Origin: a virus
IMG/VR virus record: IMGVR_UViG_3300022744_000001
Location: 194,022-258,021 of that record
Strand: one strand, 5' to 3'
DNA: 64,000 bases
Position numbers and translations under genes: made by a program. The notes under the pieces were generated by a model. That model worked only from the letters and a program-made list of their open reading frames with translations. It had not been told where the DNA came from and did not search any database. This document shows, in pieces, positions 36,111 to 46,042 of the stretch. How positions within the stretch are numbered: the first letter of the stretch is position 1; each line of letters opens with the position of its first letter.

Positions 36111-36744
36111 GGCCGGTGGGAGGGGCACTCGAACCCGGGCCTTGGTCCTGGCCGGGAATGCGCCGAATGCCCATGATCATCATCCTCCCCGCTGCCTCGT
36201 GCTGGGAGTGGCTGTCCACCTGCAAAACGACATTGACCACGGTGCGACCCAGCCGCATCCAGGCTTGCTCGAGCGCCTTAACCCCCTCGTTGACGTCGTG
36301 GACCAATGAGTGCATCTCCTCGGAGATTTCGCAGTTCGAATCGTGCAGCAGCTCCACAAACAAGGACGCGATATCGATCAACAGGTCGTGTCGCTCCTCG
36401 GGGGAAGCCCCGCTGAACTTGCGCACGCTTTCGAGCAGGTCCGGGGACGTGAACAGGTCGTCCTTGTGGATGCGCCCACAAGCCCCGCATACCTCACTGG
36501 GAGGGGCCCCTTTACTCCGCCAGATGCTGGCCGCAGATGTCACCACCTCCGAAACGGTCTCCTCCCCACGACGGGAGACAACCACTGTGACGACGGGGGC
36601 CCAACCAGTTTTGGACTGCGCGAGCTTGATGTCCTTGATCGTGCCCTCAATCCGCAATCCGCCCGCATCTGTTTCTACTTCTGCCCCAATCGCGAGATCT
36701 TGTTCTGCCATGTTTTCTCCGTGACAATCGTACACCGGAATCAA
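36103..36744 (-). CDS. hypothetical protein
   Basis: 213 aa. Confidence 0.4.
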   Translation of the reverse strand: MIPVYDCHGENMAEQDLAIGAEVETDAGGLRIEGTIKDIKLAQSKTGWAPVVTVVVSRRGEETVSEVVTSAASIWRSKGAPPSEVCGACGRIHKDDLFTSPDLLESVRKFSGASPEERHDLLIDIASLFVELLHDSNCEISEEMHSLVHDVNEGVKALEQAWMRLGRTVVNVVLQVDSHSQHEAAGRMMIMGIRRIPGQDQGPGSSAPPTGLN

Positions 36745-37445
36745 CGGCGTCTCGTTTTCTTGCGCTTCGACGTTTCCGCTTCCCTTGCGGCCGTGACCAG
36801 ACGAGCTTGGTCTTGACGAGCTTGGTCTTGCTCTTCCGCCTCTTTGGCCGCGACGATGGCGGCCCGGTTCATGTGAGCGCGGTCCATCGCCTCGTCGCCC
36901 GTGATTCGCTCATAGGGGACCTTGTTGTCCCGAAGAGCCCGGACACGTTCGATCTCGTCCTCCGAATGAACCGTTCCGCCCGCGTTCAAGTCGATGTACC
37001 AGGAGTACACGTCGTTGATCGTCTTGAGTTCGTTCACGTGCCACCGGAAGCGGCACTGCATGATGTCGAACCCGTCCGTGTACTCCCGATGGTAGTGGCC
37101 GAACGCTTTGATCTCGTTGCTCAGGTAGCCAATGACTGCATCAATACGCTGCTTGCCGTCCACGAGCACGTACCAGCACTTTGGGTCGTTTTTGTCCACG
37201 AACCCCTGCCACGTGGGGCAGTTCGTGTAGATGTCCTTGCCCGACTTGCCGCCGCTCAGGATGTACTCGACGAACCGAGTTTTCTGCGCCTCTGTCCAGA
37301 CGTTCCCTCGCTGGAAGTTGGGGTTGACGTCCAGGCCGTAGTCCATCACCTGGCTGTAGTAGTATTTCGCAAGGTAGTTCCACCCCACGTCAACGGCGTA
37401 CAGCCCGGCACTGGGGGTCATCTGGGGGATATCACGATAGCGCAT
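36741..37445 (-). CDS. DUF262 (ParB-like nuclease domain, DGQQR motif) protein
   Basis: NFQRGNVWTEAQKTRFVEYIL...LVDGKQRIDAV. A 15-bp tandem repeat (QDQAR x2) sits in the C-terminal coding region. Confidence 0.6.
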   Translation of the reverse strand: MRYRDIPQMTPSAGLYAVDVGWNYLAKYYYSQVMDYGLDVNPNFQRGNVWTEAQKTRFVEYILSGGKSGKDIYTNCPTWQGFVDKNDPKCWYVLVDGKQRIDAVIGYLSNEIKAFGHYHREYTDGFDIMQCRFRWHVNELKTINDVYSWYIDLNAGGTVHSEDEIERVRALRDNKVPYERITGDEAMDRAHMNRAAIVAAKEAEEQDQARQDQARLVTAAREAETSKRKKTRRR

Positions 37446-37484
37446 GGGTTCTCCTGAGAGAGTAACGCGCCTGCTCTCGAGAAC

Positions 37485-37985
37485 CTATACCGCTTTGAAG
37501 CTCTGCGCCTTCTTTTGAAGGGCTTCGGCCACAATCGGGTGGACATAATAGCTCACGTCCGCGCCCCAGCTCGCCAGCTCTTTGACGTTCGTGGAACTCA
37601 CGAACGACTGTTCCGGTTGGGTCATCAGGAAGATCGTGTCGATGCTCGGGCAAAGCTGGCGGTTCACATGCGCGATCCCCATCTCAGCCTCAAAGTCGGC
37701 GATGGCGCGCAGCCCACGAATGATGGTTTTGGCCCCTACCTGCTTGCAGAAGTCCACAAGAAGGCCGCGGAAAGGCATCACCGTGACCTTGGGGATTTTC
37801 TCGGCCACAAAAACCTGGGTGATGAGTCGAACGCGCTCCTCTTCGTCGAAGAACGGCTTTTTCTTGGAATTCATCAGAACCCCGATCACCAACTCGTCCG
37901 CGATCTCAAGACCTCGCGTAGCGATGTTGAAGTGTCCGTTGGTGAACGGGTCGAAACTGCCTGCGTAAGCCGCGATCTTCGTCAT
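37485..37985 (-). CDS. coaD: phosphopantetheine adenylyltransferase (CoaD/PPAT)
   Basis: AYAGSFDPFTNGHFNI, IRGLRAIADFEAEMGIAHVNR and IFLMTQPEQSFVSSTNVKE align closely with E. coli CoaD along its whole length. Confidence 0.85.
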   Translation of the reverse strand: MTKIAAYAGSFDPFTNGHFNIATRGLEIADELVIGVLMNSKKKPFFDEEERVRLITQVFVAEKIPKVTVMPFRGLLVDFCKQVGAKTIIRGLRAIADFEAEMGIAHVNRQLCPSIDTIFLMTQPEQSFVSSTNVKELASWGADVSYYVHPIVAEALQKKAQSFKAV

Positions 37986-37996
37986 GGGCGAGCCCC

Positions 37997-38236
37997 TTAG
38001 TTTGGGAGTCTCCCCTTCATACCCCGGCCCTTGGGAGTGGCAAGCTCTCGCCGGAGGTCTTCCTTGATCATTTCCAGCTGCTGAGGTGTGGGCTCAGCGC
38101 CGCCGACCCTGATTTTCACTGTGCCTTCGTGCCCGGTGGGCTCCACATCCACCAGATAGGGGGCCACACGCCAAAGGCGAGCGATGCGCTTGCGAAATGC
38201 CTCGAGCTTTGGGTTCACAGCAAATGCTCCGTACAC
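37997..38236 (-). CDS. hypothetical protein
   Basis: 79 aa. Confidence 0.35.
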   Translation of the reverse strand: MYGAFAVNPKLEAFRKRIARLWRVAPYLVDVEPTGHEGTVKIRVGGAEPTPQQLEMIKEDLRRELATPKGRGMKGRLPN

Positions 38237-38305
38237 GAATCCTCCAGTGAGGCATTAAGCCTCTCACAAGGAGAACGCGCGAGCCCACCGAAATCTATAC
38301 CGGGT

Positions 38306-38743
38306 TCAGCGTTTCCACCGCAGAGACTTGGGTTTATCGCTGGGCGCCGGTTTGGGGGGTTCGGGCACCTTGGGTGGCGGCACGATCTCGACCCGCTTTG
38401 GCAGCTTCTTGGGCTTTGGTCGCTTCTTGGGGCGAGGGAGGCGGGGAGGGGCGGGGAGGTAGTCGTCCCCCGGCTCTGGCGTGCGCCTGGGCTTGCCGTT
38501 GGTCCGGCGCTCCGGCTCCTGGGGCAGCTCAACGTACTTGTCCCGGTTCTTCCGGAACTCCTCCGGGTCTTTGTAGACGATCTCACCGGTCTCCTTGTTC
38601 TTGACCTTCACGGTCTTGCGCTTGCCACGGGCGAATCTCTCCATGACTCGGAGAGCCAACTCGAGGTCCCCTGCGGGCAACCGAACAAGATGTGCGAGAA
38701 CATCCACCACTAGGGTTGAGCCGACAAAACGATCAGCGCCCAC
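38306..38743 (-). CDS. hypothetical protein with basic P/K-rich tail
   Basis: 145 aa. Confidence 0.4.
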   Translation of the reverse strand: MGADRFVGSTLVVDVLAHLVRLPAGDLELALRVMERFARGKRKTVKVKNKETGEIVYKDPEEFRKNRDKYVELPQEPERRTNGKPRRTPEPGDDYLPAPPRLPRPKKRPKPKKLPKRVEIVPPPKVPEPPKPAPSDKPKSLRWKR

Positions 38744-39038
38744 CCGGGTACATGCGTTTCCAGGCGTCCCACTCGACGTTCACCTGAAATCGGCCGAGCT
38801 TCTCGTTCCAGAAGAATGCAGGGTGAGTGACGCGGGCCCCGAGCTTGTTCACGCTCTCCTCCGCCAAAACCCGATTGGCCTGCTCGAGGTCCAACGCGGT
38901 CAGGTCGATACGACCCGTCGAGGCATCCACCTCAACCACCTGGAACCACGCGCTCTCGGTCGTCTCCCAACCCGCCTTCGTAGGGTCCGGGGTCGTTTTC
39001 GAGTACGAGAATTTCTGACCAATCTTCGGCAGTTGCAT
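38733..39038 (-). CDS. hypothetical protein
   Basis: 101 aa. Confidence 0.4.
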   Translation of the reverse strand: MQLPKIGQKFSYSKTTPDPTKAGWETTESAWFQVVEVDASTGRIDLTALDLEQANRVLAEESVNKLGARVTHPAFFWNEKLGRFQVNVEWDAWKRMYPGGR

Positions 39039-39046
39039 GACCGTAC

Positions 39047-39427
39047 CTACACCGCTTTACGCAGGACCAGCACCTTCTGGCCGCCCCGGTCTTCGATCAT
39101 GGCTTCGACTTTGAACGCCTGTTTACAGAACTCCCCGATGAGGTTGAGCTTCTGCCCAAAGGTGGTCTCAAAGATGCAGCCGAATTTCTCGCCGATGTAC
39201 GCCGCATTGAACTCCTGAGCGAGCGGCTCCCCCACATGCGTGTTGGCCTCGGTGAAGTCCTGCCCATTGGCCATGGCTCTCTCGCACAACTGAATGTATT
39301 CGTTCATGAATCCAGCGAACTCGATGAACGCGTGGTTCCCGATGCGAGTGGCTCCCGTGTAGAAGCCGCTCGAGAGCTGCCTCATACCCGCAATCATCCT
39401 TTGAAGTTCCGCCTTTTCGTAGATCAT
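39047..39427 (-). CDS. hypothetical protein
   Basis: 126 aa. Confidence 0.4.
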   Translation of the reverse strand: MIYEKAELQRMIAGMRQLSSGFYTGATRIGNHAFIEFAGFMNEYIQLCERAMANGQDFTEANTHVGEPLAQEFNAAYIGEKFGCIFETTFGQKLNLIGEFCKQAFKVEAMIEDRGGQKVLVLRKAV

Positions 39428-39504
39428 TCCCCGTTTTTACGTGGGTTCCTGACCAGGCGCAAGGCCCACGGTGTCAGAGGGGTTGTACGGAAAGGGACTG
39501 CAAC

Positions 39505-40062
39505 ATGAGCTTCATTGGCATCAAAGTGCCTCACGAGGTCGGTCGTTTGCTTCACACCATAGAGGTACCGGGCGAAAAGGTACCTCTCCACGAGTTCCAC
39601 GTGACCCTCCTCTACCTGGGCAAAGAAGTGCCCATTGAAACCTTGGGCAAGGCCATCGTGGCCGCGGCCGAAGTCGCGGAGTCGTACCGCCCCTTCCGTT
39701 GCACGCTCACGCAAACCAGCTCTTTCCCCAAAGGCGATGACGGGGTACCCATCATCTGTCCTGTGGACAGCCCCGAACTCCACGAACTCAATACGCAGCT
39801 CAAAGCAGCTTTTGACGCGGCGGGAGTGGACTACTCGAAAAAGTTCCCCGACTACAAACCGCACGTGACGTTGGCCTACTCCGACGAGGTCACAGCGGAC
39901 ACGCTGTTCGGACCACTCGAGTGGTCCGCCTACGAGATGGTGCTCTGGGGCGGGGACGCGGGGGATGAGCGTCTTGCCACCAACTTCCCATTTGCCTTGC
40001 CCACGACGGTAGCCACGAACCAGCAGCTCGTACGCCTCGCCATGGCGATGAAGAAGAGCTAG
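39505..40062 (+). CDS. 2H phosphoesterase superfamily protein (LigT-like)
   Basis: Two H-x-T-x motifs are present: FHVTLLYLG and PHVTLAYS. 185 aa. Confidence 0.65.
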   Translation: MSFIGIKVPHEVGRLLHTIEVPGEKVPLHEFHVTLLYLGKEVPIETLGKAIVAAAEVAESYRPFRCTLTQTSSFPKGDDGVPIICPVDSPELHELNTQLKAAFDAAGVDYSKKFPDYKPHVTLAYSDEVTADTLFGPLEWSAYEMVLWGGDAGDERLATNFPFALPTTVATNQQLVRLAMAMKKS

Positions 40063-40526
40063 CTGGCTTCCGCTTCAGGCTCAGCCGTGGGCGGGACAAA
40101 CGGGCCCACAATCGCCTCGCACTCCGCTGCGAACTTGGCCGCCTTTTCGGCATCTGCGATCCTGTATGTCGCCGGGTATTCGACCACCATGTCGAGGATG
40201 CCCTCGGAGGCCAGGTACTCTTTGCTGAAGATGCGGATGGACGACGCTGCGTACTGGGTAGCTTCCGCCAGCTCCTTCACGGTCATCGGAGCCGAAGACT
40301 GCTCAAGCACCCGAATCACCCCAAGTGACACTGTGTAAAAAGCCTTGTGGTCTTTCGGGTTGTAGGACTTCTCCACCGTCGCTTCTTGCCCTTTATCCTG
40401 GGTGTGCGAGCTTGTGTCGAAGGAGGGCTGAAACTCGGCCGGGCTTTCAGAACCCCGAAAAATACGGGCGGAAAGGCCGGTCAAGGTTTTGCCAATGGCG
40501 TTTCTGACGAGGTTTCTGAACGACAT
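40059..40526 (-). CDS. hypothetical protein (possible winged helix)
   Basis: 155 aa. Confidence 0.4.
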   Translation of the reverse strand: MSFRNLVRNAIGKTLTGLSARIFRGSESPAEFQPSFDTSSHTQDKGQEATVEKSYNPKDHKAFYTVSLGVIRVLEQSSAPMTVKELAEATQYAASSIRIFSKEYLASEGILDMVVEYPATYRIADAEKAAKFAAECEAIVGPFVPPTAEPEAEAS

Positions 40527-40891
40527 AGTATTGACTTATACACCAGATTTAACGATTCCCTTTCAGTCGAGGAGGATGGTCTTGAGTATCCTCAGACGGC
40601 TTTGCCAGGCAGCTCGAACAATCTCCCCTAACGCTTATGTGAAATTCACGGCAAAAACAGGAACCAACGGCGAAGAACTTTGGAGTGGAACCATTGGGGT
40701 TGGCGACGCAATCATCACCGAACACACAGGGAGCCTTGAGGAAGTCATCGACCAGCTTTCTTACAAGCTCACGAGGCTATCGACCGCGGTCATTGACCGA
40801 CTGTCTCGGGTAACCCCCGTACCCGGAGCCTTAAAAAACAACGGCCAGGATCAGCAAGATCCTGGCCGTGAAGGGGAGCCTTGACTCGAGG

Positions 40892-42322
40892 TCAATCCTC
40901 GTCGTCTTCGTCCTCATCTTCGTCGTCGTCTTCATCCTCGTCTTCGTCGTCGTCCTCTTCGTCGTCCGAGTTATCCTCGTCGTCGTAGTCGTTGCCTTCG
41001 TCCTCGTCGCCCTCTTCGTCGGCGTCCTCGTCGCCTTCGGCTTCCTCTTCCTTGTCCTCCTCGATTTCGTTGTACTTGAAGAAATCGTAGACCTGGGAAA
41101 GGGTCATGGGCTGATTGAACTCGGCTTCGTCGCCCTCGGAGAGGCGGGCGTAAACTTCCTGCGCCCTCTCCACGCTCAGCGGTCCGATGTAAACCTGCTT
41201 CGACAAACGACCCGTGCGAAGCAGCGCGTCGTCGATCTCCTGCATCTTGGCGTTTGTGGTGCAGATGATACGAAGGTTCAAGGCGCTACCCAAGATACCA
41301 TCGCTTGCATTGAGTAGGGCGGAGATGGCTGCCAGGTTGGCCTCATCGTTGTCCACCACTGGGCCCACCGTTTTGAGAAGTGCGTTTTGCGCATCGATGA
41401 GGATGGTCGCCACTTCAGGGGTCAACATTTGCTTGGCAAGAAGGCCGCCGATGAGGTCGAACAGCTTCTGGAACTCCTTGACCAACGAGGATTCCTTTTT
41501 GCGAGGAACCAGCGCTCGGTCGGCATCCTCGATGAGAAGCACGATGGGCTTTTCGACCCCAATCATGCTGCGAGCACGGATGAGGGTAGGTACGAGGTTC
41601 GGACCGGCCAAGTGCTCGACCATGCCCGCCGGGATCAGAACGAACACGGCGTCGTAGACCTCGTGCAAGAGGCCCCGGATGAAGAACGTTTTGCCGGTGC
41701 CCGGTTCGCCCTGAATGATGACCAAACGGCCGATGGGGGTGGCGCGTTGCAGGTCGTCCACGATGAAGTCGAAAGCATCGACCACATCGGCTTCGTAGTT
41801 GTCACGCTCGATGGGAACGCCCGCAAGGCCCACTTCACCGATCTCGATGCCGTTGGCCCCCTGGGCAAGGGAGTAGATGGGCTGGCGAACGAACTCGGGC
41901 AACAGATGGTCCCCGAGACGCTTGTTGACGTCCTCGAACGTCTTCCGGTTCGTGGAGACCACGCGGATGTCGTATTTGTTATCCAGACCGGTGTGGATTT
42001 TGACGGCGCCCTCTGGCCAGAAAAGCCAGGTTTCACTCGTGCCACGCCCGAAGATGGGCACATCTGCGAACGGAGAGCGGGCTCCCGTGATAGATGCGAT
42101 GGCCTCGAAGAGCTTCTCCTGCCCCTGCTCGTCGGACTCCTCGATCAGCACTCCACGGCACCCACCCGAGAACACGGTGAGGTTGTTTGCGACAGCATGG
42201 TCAACGAGCATCGTCGCCGCAGGCCCATACTCCTCCAGCACCAGTTTCCCTGGAGCCCACCAATCCAACTTGGGAGGCTCTTTCGGCGGCTCGCGTCGGC
42301 TCTTGTCGTTCTTGGTTGCCAT
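40892..42322 (-). CDS. classic AAA-family ATPase with poly-acidic C-terminal tail
   Basis: Walker A IIQGEPGTGKTF, Walker B VLLIEDAD, sensor-1 CTTN and SRH ALLRTGRL are all present. About 70 C-terminal residues are almost entirely D/E. Start taken at MATKNDK (42322). Confidence 0.7.
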   Translation of the reverse strand: MATKNDKSRREPPKEPPKLDWWAPGKLVLEEYGPAATMLVDHAVANNLTVFSGGCRGVLIEESDEQGQEKLFEAIASITGARSPFADVPIFGRGTSETWLFWPEGAVKIHTGLDNKYDIRVVSTNRKTFEDVNKRLGDHLLPEFVRQPIYSLAQGANGIEIGEVGLAGVPIERDNYEADVVDAFDFIVDDLQRATPIGRLVIIQGEPGTGKTFFIRGLLHEVYDAVFVLIPAGMVEHLAGPNLVPTLIRARSMIGVEKPIVLLIEDADRALVPRKKESSLVKEFQKLFDLIGGLLAKQMLTPEVATILIDAQNALLKTVGPVVDNDEANLAAISALLNASDGILGSALNLRIICTTNAKMQEIDDALLRTGRLSKQVYIGPLSVERAQEVYARLSEGDEAEFNQPMTLSQVYDFFKYNEIEEDKEEEAEGDEDADEEGDEDEGNDYDDEDNSDDEEDDDEDEDEDDDEDEDEDDED

Positions 42323-42504
42323 GATTTTCTCTTCTTTTCGTCTCCGGAGGCGTCGAGCCTCCCGCCTTCCCGTACACCAATCACATGCTGAACTTGGGCT
42401 TTTGCCCGCATTCGCCTCAAAAAAGCCACGAAACGGCAGCGGAGCCGGTAGGTTTGCGCTGGGAAATCCCCGAGCTGAGCTAAACCGCCCTTGGCTAAGT
42501 TGAG

Positions 42505-42735
42505 CTATTTGCTGGGTTTCGGTTCTGAATTTGGGAAAATGGAAGCAATGAGGCAGCCCAAGTGATAGGGCACTTCCCGGTCTTCCTCTTTGGTGGCCGC
42601 CGCGAAGGGCAGAACTACGCCCCGGTCTCCATGGCGTATCGGTTCTTGGCACGCAAAACAGGGTTTTGACGGGGTGGACACTTGCTGCCCGGTTTCACAC
42701 ACCCCTGCCTTCCACGGCGGCCCGAACCACTTCAT
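42505..42735 (-). CDS. possible small Cys/His protein in long divergent intergenic region
   Basis: 76 aa ORF (CFACQ...HLGC). Weak support. Confidence 0.2.
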   Translation of the reverse strand: MKWFGPPWKAGVCETGQQVSTPSKPCFACQEPIRHGDRGVVLPFAAATKEEDREVPYHLGCLIASIFPNSEPKPSK

Positions 42736-42788
42736 TCAGTCCCCTTCGTCTAGTTTTCGCTACTTACACCGCTGTTGCTGGTGTAGTC

Positions 42789-43211
42789 ATGCCGCGAGGG
42801 AAATACATGACAGATGTGAACAAAGCAGCGAGTGATACCCTGAAAGCAGCAAAGACTTTGGCCATGAAGCATTTCGAGGGGGCCACTTTCGAAGGGAATG
42901 AGGCTCGCCCGGTGATCGTAGGGATTGCCATACTCCTGGCCCTGCTCTCCAGGGGCGAGAAGCGCCGCAAGAAGAAAACCACGGACCTGCAAAGCCCCAA
43001 ACCCCCCGCCCCGGCGCCCAAGCGTCTGGACCCGGTCGAGGAGGCTCGGAAGAACCCTCGAACCCCAAGGCTGCCCCTCTCGGCCATCGGCACGGGGAGG
43101 CCCGCCCCGGCGGCTTCTCAGCCTGCCAAACCGAAGCCCAAGAAGTCGCCCCCCAAGGCGGCGGTTCAACCCAGGTCGGCTCGCCCCCGCAAGCGCGCTA
43201 CTTCCCGTTGA
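42789..43211 (+). CDS. membrane protein with basic P/K-rich tail
   Basis: ATG at 42789. The TM helix IVGIAILLALL is followed by KRRKKK. Confidence 0.4.
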   Translation: MPRGKYMTDVNKAASDTLKAAKTLAMKHFEGATFEGNEARPVIVGIAILLALLSRGEKRRKKKTTDLQSPKPPAPAPKRLDPVEEARKNPRTPRLPLSAIGTGRPAPAASQPAKPKPKKSPPKAAVQPRSARPRKRATSR

Positions 43212-43488
43212 TCGCAACGAACCACGCACCCTGAATCTTCTCGGTGAGGTCTTCCCATCTGGGCATGGGGAGACCCGCGTAGTTCTTCCAGCCGACGTAG
43301 TTCCCGTAGCGCTTGTACGCGGCGATCGTCTGCTCGGTTTTCATCTGCTGGATCACGTCGGGGTCCACCGTGATGCCTTGTTTGGACATCACCTGAAGGA
43401 CCCCCTCCGCTTGGACCACCATCTCCAGGTGTCGCCGAGTTTCGGCAGGCAGCTGCTTGATGCCCTCGAGTATCTCTTCATCAGTCAC
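43198..43488 (-). CDS. hypothetical protein
   Basis: 96 aa. Confidence 0.4.
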   Translation of the reverse strand: MTDEEILEGIKQLPAETRRHLEMVVQAEGVLQVMSKQGITVDPDVIQQMKTEQTIAAYKRYGNYVGWKNYAGLPMPRWEDLTEKIQGAWFVAINGK

Positions 43489-43774
43489 GTTCTATCTCCT
43501 CTGGCTCTGAAACCACCACTTCGCAGTCGAGGAAGAACGTTGACCCCTTCTGGGCAGGGTTCCAACCCATGCGTTGCCCTTCCTGGATCAAGTCAATCAC
43601 CGACCGCCTGGACACGAAAAAACCCCGGGGGAGTCGAGCCTGAAGGCTTCGTCCCACCGGGGGTAGGTTTGATTGCACCGTGACCAGTTGCTCAAGCTCC
43701 CCGTCGTCGTCCTTGGCTTTCACCGTTTTGACCGAGTAGCGAAACTGGTTCTTCCCCACCGCAACCAATGACAT
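43481..43774 (-). CDS. hypothetical protein
   Basis: 97 aa. Confidence 0.4.
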   Translation of the reverse strand: MSLVAVGKNQFRYSVKTVKAKDDDGELEQLVTVQSNLPPVGRSLQARLPRGFFVSRRSVIDLIQEGQRMGWNPAQKGSTFFLDCEVVVSEPEEIERD

Positions 43775-43804
43775 CTTAGTCCCCCTTGCTCAGAGGGATT
43801 ACAC

Positions 43805-46042
43805 CTACTCAGCGGCTTCGGCGAAGTTCCCCGGACCAACAAGACCAACCAAGTGCTGACGCGCGACCCGGTACGTGTTCTTCGCGGTCTGGATCTCGGC
43901 CCGAATGGCCGCGCTCTCGAGGTTGCGATCAATGGTGTTGATGAGGTCGTCGGGGGTGATTTCAATGCCGTTCTCCCGCAACATGCGCTCGAGCTTGGCC
44001 TGACGCTCGAGCGAGAACTTGGAGCGGTCAAACTTCGTCCCCTCCTCCTGCAAGAACTTCACGACCTCTTGAGCCTTCTCTGGCCTGCGGTTCACGAAGT
44101 TGCGCATGTTCTTGCGCCAGAGGTCGTCGGCCATCTTGCGCACGGTGTCGCCCACGGCCCCCTCGAGTTTGGTTGAAGCATCGGTCCATGCCACGTCCGA
44201 GAAATTCGGGGACAGGGGCAAGTACGACAAGGAGCGGCGGAGCAGCTTCACACGGTCCACATGAGCCAGCTCGCCCACCAGAAGGACCTTGGCGAAGCGG
44301 CGGATGATGGGCATGGACATGCGCTCGGGATGGTTCGTCGCGCCCCACACGGAGATACCCGAGTAGGAGAGCACGCCGTCCATGAGAATCTGGAACTCGG
44401 TTGTGAGGTTCGTACCCCCGAACGCTTCGTGTCCCTGATTGCCGTTGAGCACCGTGTCGATCTCGTCGATGGAGATGAACGCTTGGCGCTCGGTCTCCTT
44501 GTGGAGCTGCAAGGCAGCCTCGAACAGGCGCTTGGGGTTCTTCTCGGCCTCACCCTTCCAGCAGGTGAGGAAGTCGGAGCCCTGGGCGAAGATGGTGAGC
44601 GCATTCCTCTCGCTGCTGATGGCTCGGAGAGCCTCGGTCTTGCCACACCCCATGGGGCCGACCAAGAGCACGTTGCTCTTGTCGGTCTTGCCGCTCGGGC
44701 TCGTGGCCCGGAAAAGGTCGGCGTACATGGACGAGTCCTTCGCCTGCTCGACCATCTCCCGAACTTCGTCGAAGCCCGACCCCACCAGGTCCCCGAGCGA
44801 GACCTTGGGCTTGAGGCCCGGGATGACCTCGAGCGCTCCAGGGGCCTCCCCCAGGAAGGAGTTGCCCGCCCCCACCTTGCACACGTAGAACGAGTTCTCG
44901 TCCCGGTGGATCTTGTACCACTGGGCCTTGCGTGCGAGCACGAACTTCACGATTTCCTGCCCGCTCTTCTCAGTGAGGAGTAGGCCCGAGATGGTCGAAA
45001 TCGTCTCGTTGCGGAAGTCGATCTCCATCTGCTCTTCGGGACTCTTGAGGCCAACCTTGTCCCTCTCCCGAACGTTGCGGGGGTCAAGCTCGCTGACCGA
45101 ACGGAGAGCCTCTTTGAACTCCGACTCATTCATGAGGCGGCGCGGGGGCTTGCCTCCAGTCACGCGGCGGATCTTCTCGGCCGCCGTGTGAATCTTGGCC
45201 TCGATTTTCTCCGCCCCTTCCCACATGGAGGTGAGGTTTTCGGAAAGGAAGTCGATGATTTCCCCGGGCTCCTTCACGAACCCGCCGAAGAGGCCACCAC
45301 AGAGGGCGTCGGCCAGGATCGTGGCCTTGCGCTGGGTGTAAACGCTGATCTCGTCCGGCTTCTTGCCGTCCTGGATTTCACCATGCGCGTCCGCGTTCTC
45401 GTAGATGGAGATGGCCAGGTCCGTACGAACGGGGTCACCGTGAATTTTGATGCCTTCCACGCTGTGCCGGTGTCGAAGCATCTTGTGGTACATCTCGAGG
45501 TGGAAAACCACGCCTCGAGCAATAGACACCACCAGGTTTTGCAGGACAGCGGCGTTCTCAACCCCTTCCACGAAGCGCTGCAAAGGCTCCTGGTTCATCT
45601 GCACCAGAAGCACGAACGCTTGCAGCTCCTCTCGGGTCGTCGGGGGTTTGACGTCGCCGAAGAGCATGAGGTTCATGGGTTGAATCGCATGCACCGTGTC
45701 GCGGAGCGCGTGAAATCCGTTCTGAATTGCCCGGGAGATGCTGAGGATGAGCGCCACGAAGTTGCCTGCGCCCATCGTGTGCTTGAACTGCTGAAACCAG
45801 TCCTCTTGCTGGTTCATGTCGAAGGGGTTCTTCGTTCTGAGCGAGTTCTTGGCCTCTGCGACCATCGCGCTGTAGGTGTCCCCGATCTCCTCGACGCGCT
45901 CATCGAATTCTTCGCACAACTTGTCGAGGAAAGCCCCGGTTTCACGAAGGCCGTCGTAGTCGAAGTCCAACACCAGGCCCACGAGATCCGTGAACTGGGC
46001 CGGAGTGATAGATACTTTGGAAACCATTTTGTCGATGTACAT
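43805..46042 (-). CDS. large classic AAA-family ATPase with about 480 aa unique N-terminal region
   Basis: Walker A VLLVGPMGCGKTE, Walker B FISIDEIDTV and sensor-1 GATNHPERM are present. Start uncertain: the track's extreme end (46075) would be TTG; the first in-frame ATG is at 46042, with another at 46027. Confidence 0.65.
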   Translation of the reverse strand: MYIDKMVSKVSITPAQFTDLVGLVLDFDYDGLRETGAFLDKLCEEFDERVEEIGDTYSAMVAEAKNSLRTKNPFDMNQQEDWFQQFKHTMGAGNFVALILSISRAIQNGFHALRDTVHAIQPMNLMLFGDVKPPTTREELQAFVLLVQMNQEPLQRFVEGVENAAVLQNLVVSIARGVVFHLEMYHKMLRHRHSVEGIKIHGDPVRTDLAISIYENADAHGEIQDGKKPDEISVYTQRKATILADALCGGLFGGFVKEPGEIIDFLSENLTSMWEGAEKIEAKIHTAAEKIRRVTGGKPPRRLMNESEFKEALRSVSELDPRNVRERDKVGLKSPEEQMEIDFRNETISTISGLLLTEKSGQEIVKFVLARKAQWYKIHRDENSFYVCKVGAGNSFLGEAPGALEVIPGLKPKVSLGDLVGSGFDEVREMVEQAKDSSMYADLFRATSPSGKTDKSNVLLVGPMGCGKTEALRAISSERNALTIFAQGSDFLTCWKGEAEKNPKRLFEAALQLHKETERQAFISIDEIDTVLNGNQGHEAFGGTNLTTEFQILMDGVLSYSGISVWGATNHPERMSMPIIRRFAKVLLVGELAHVDRVKLLRRSLSYLPLSPNFSDVAWTDASTKLEGAVGDTVRKMADDLWRKNMRNFVNRRPEKAQEVVKFLQEEGTKFDRSKFSLERQAKLERMLRENGIEITPDDLINTIDRNLESAAIRAEIQTAKNTYRVARQHLVGLVGPGNFAEAAE

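Noticed and set aside
36799-36828. 15-bp tandem duplication GACGAGCTTGGTCTT x2
   Set aside because: It lies within the C-terminal coding region of the DUF262 gene (QDQAR repeat) and is probably a simple slippage duplication, not a regulatory repeat.
40895-41100. GA/GTC-rich low-complexity DNA
   Set aside because: It encodes the poly-D/E tail of the AAA ATPase. It is not a CRISPR or satellite repeat.
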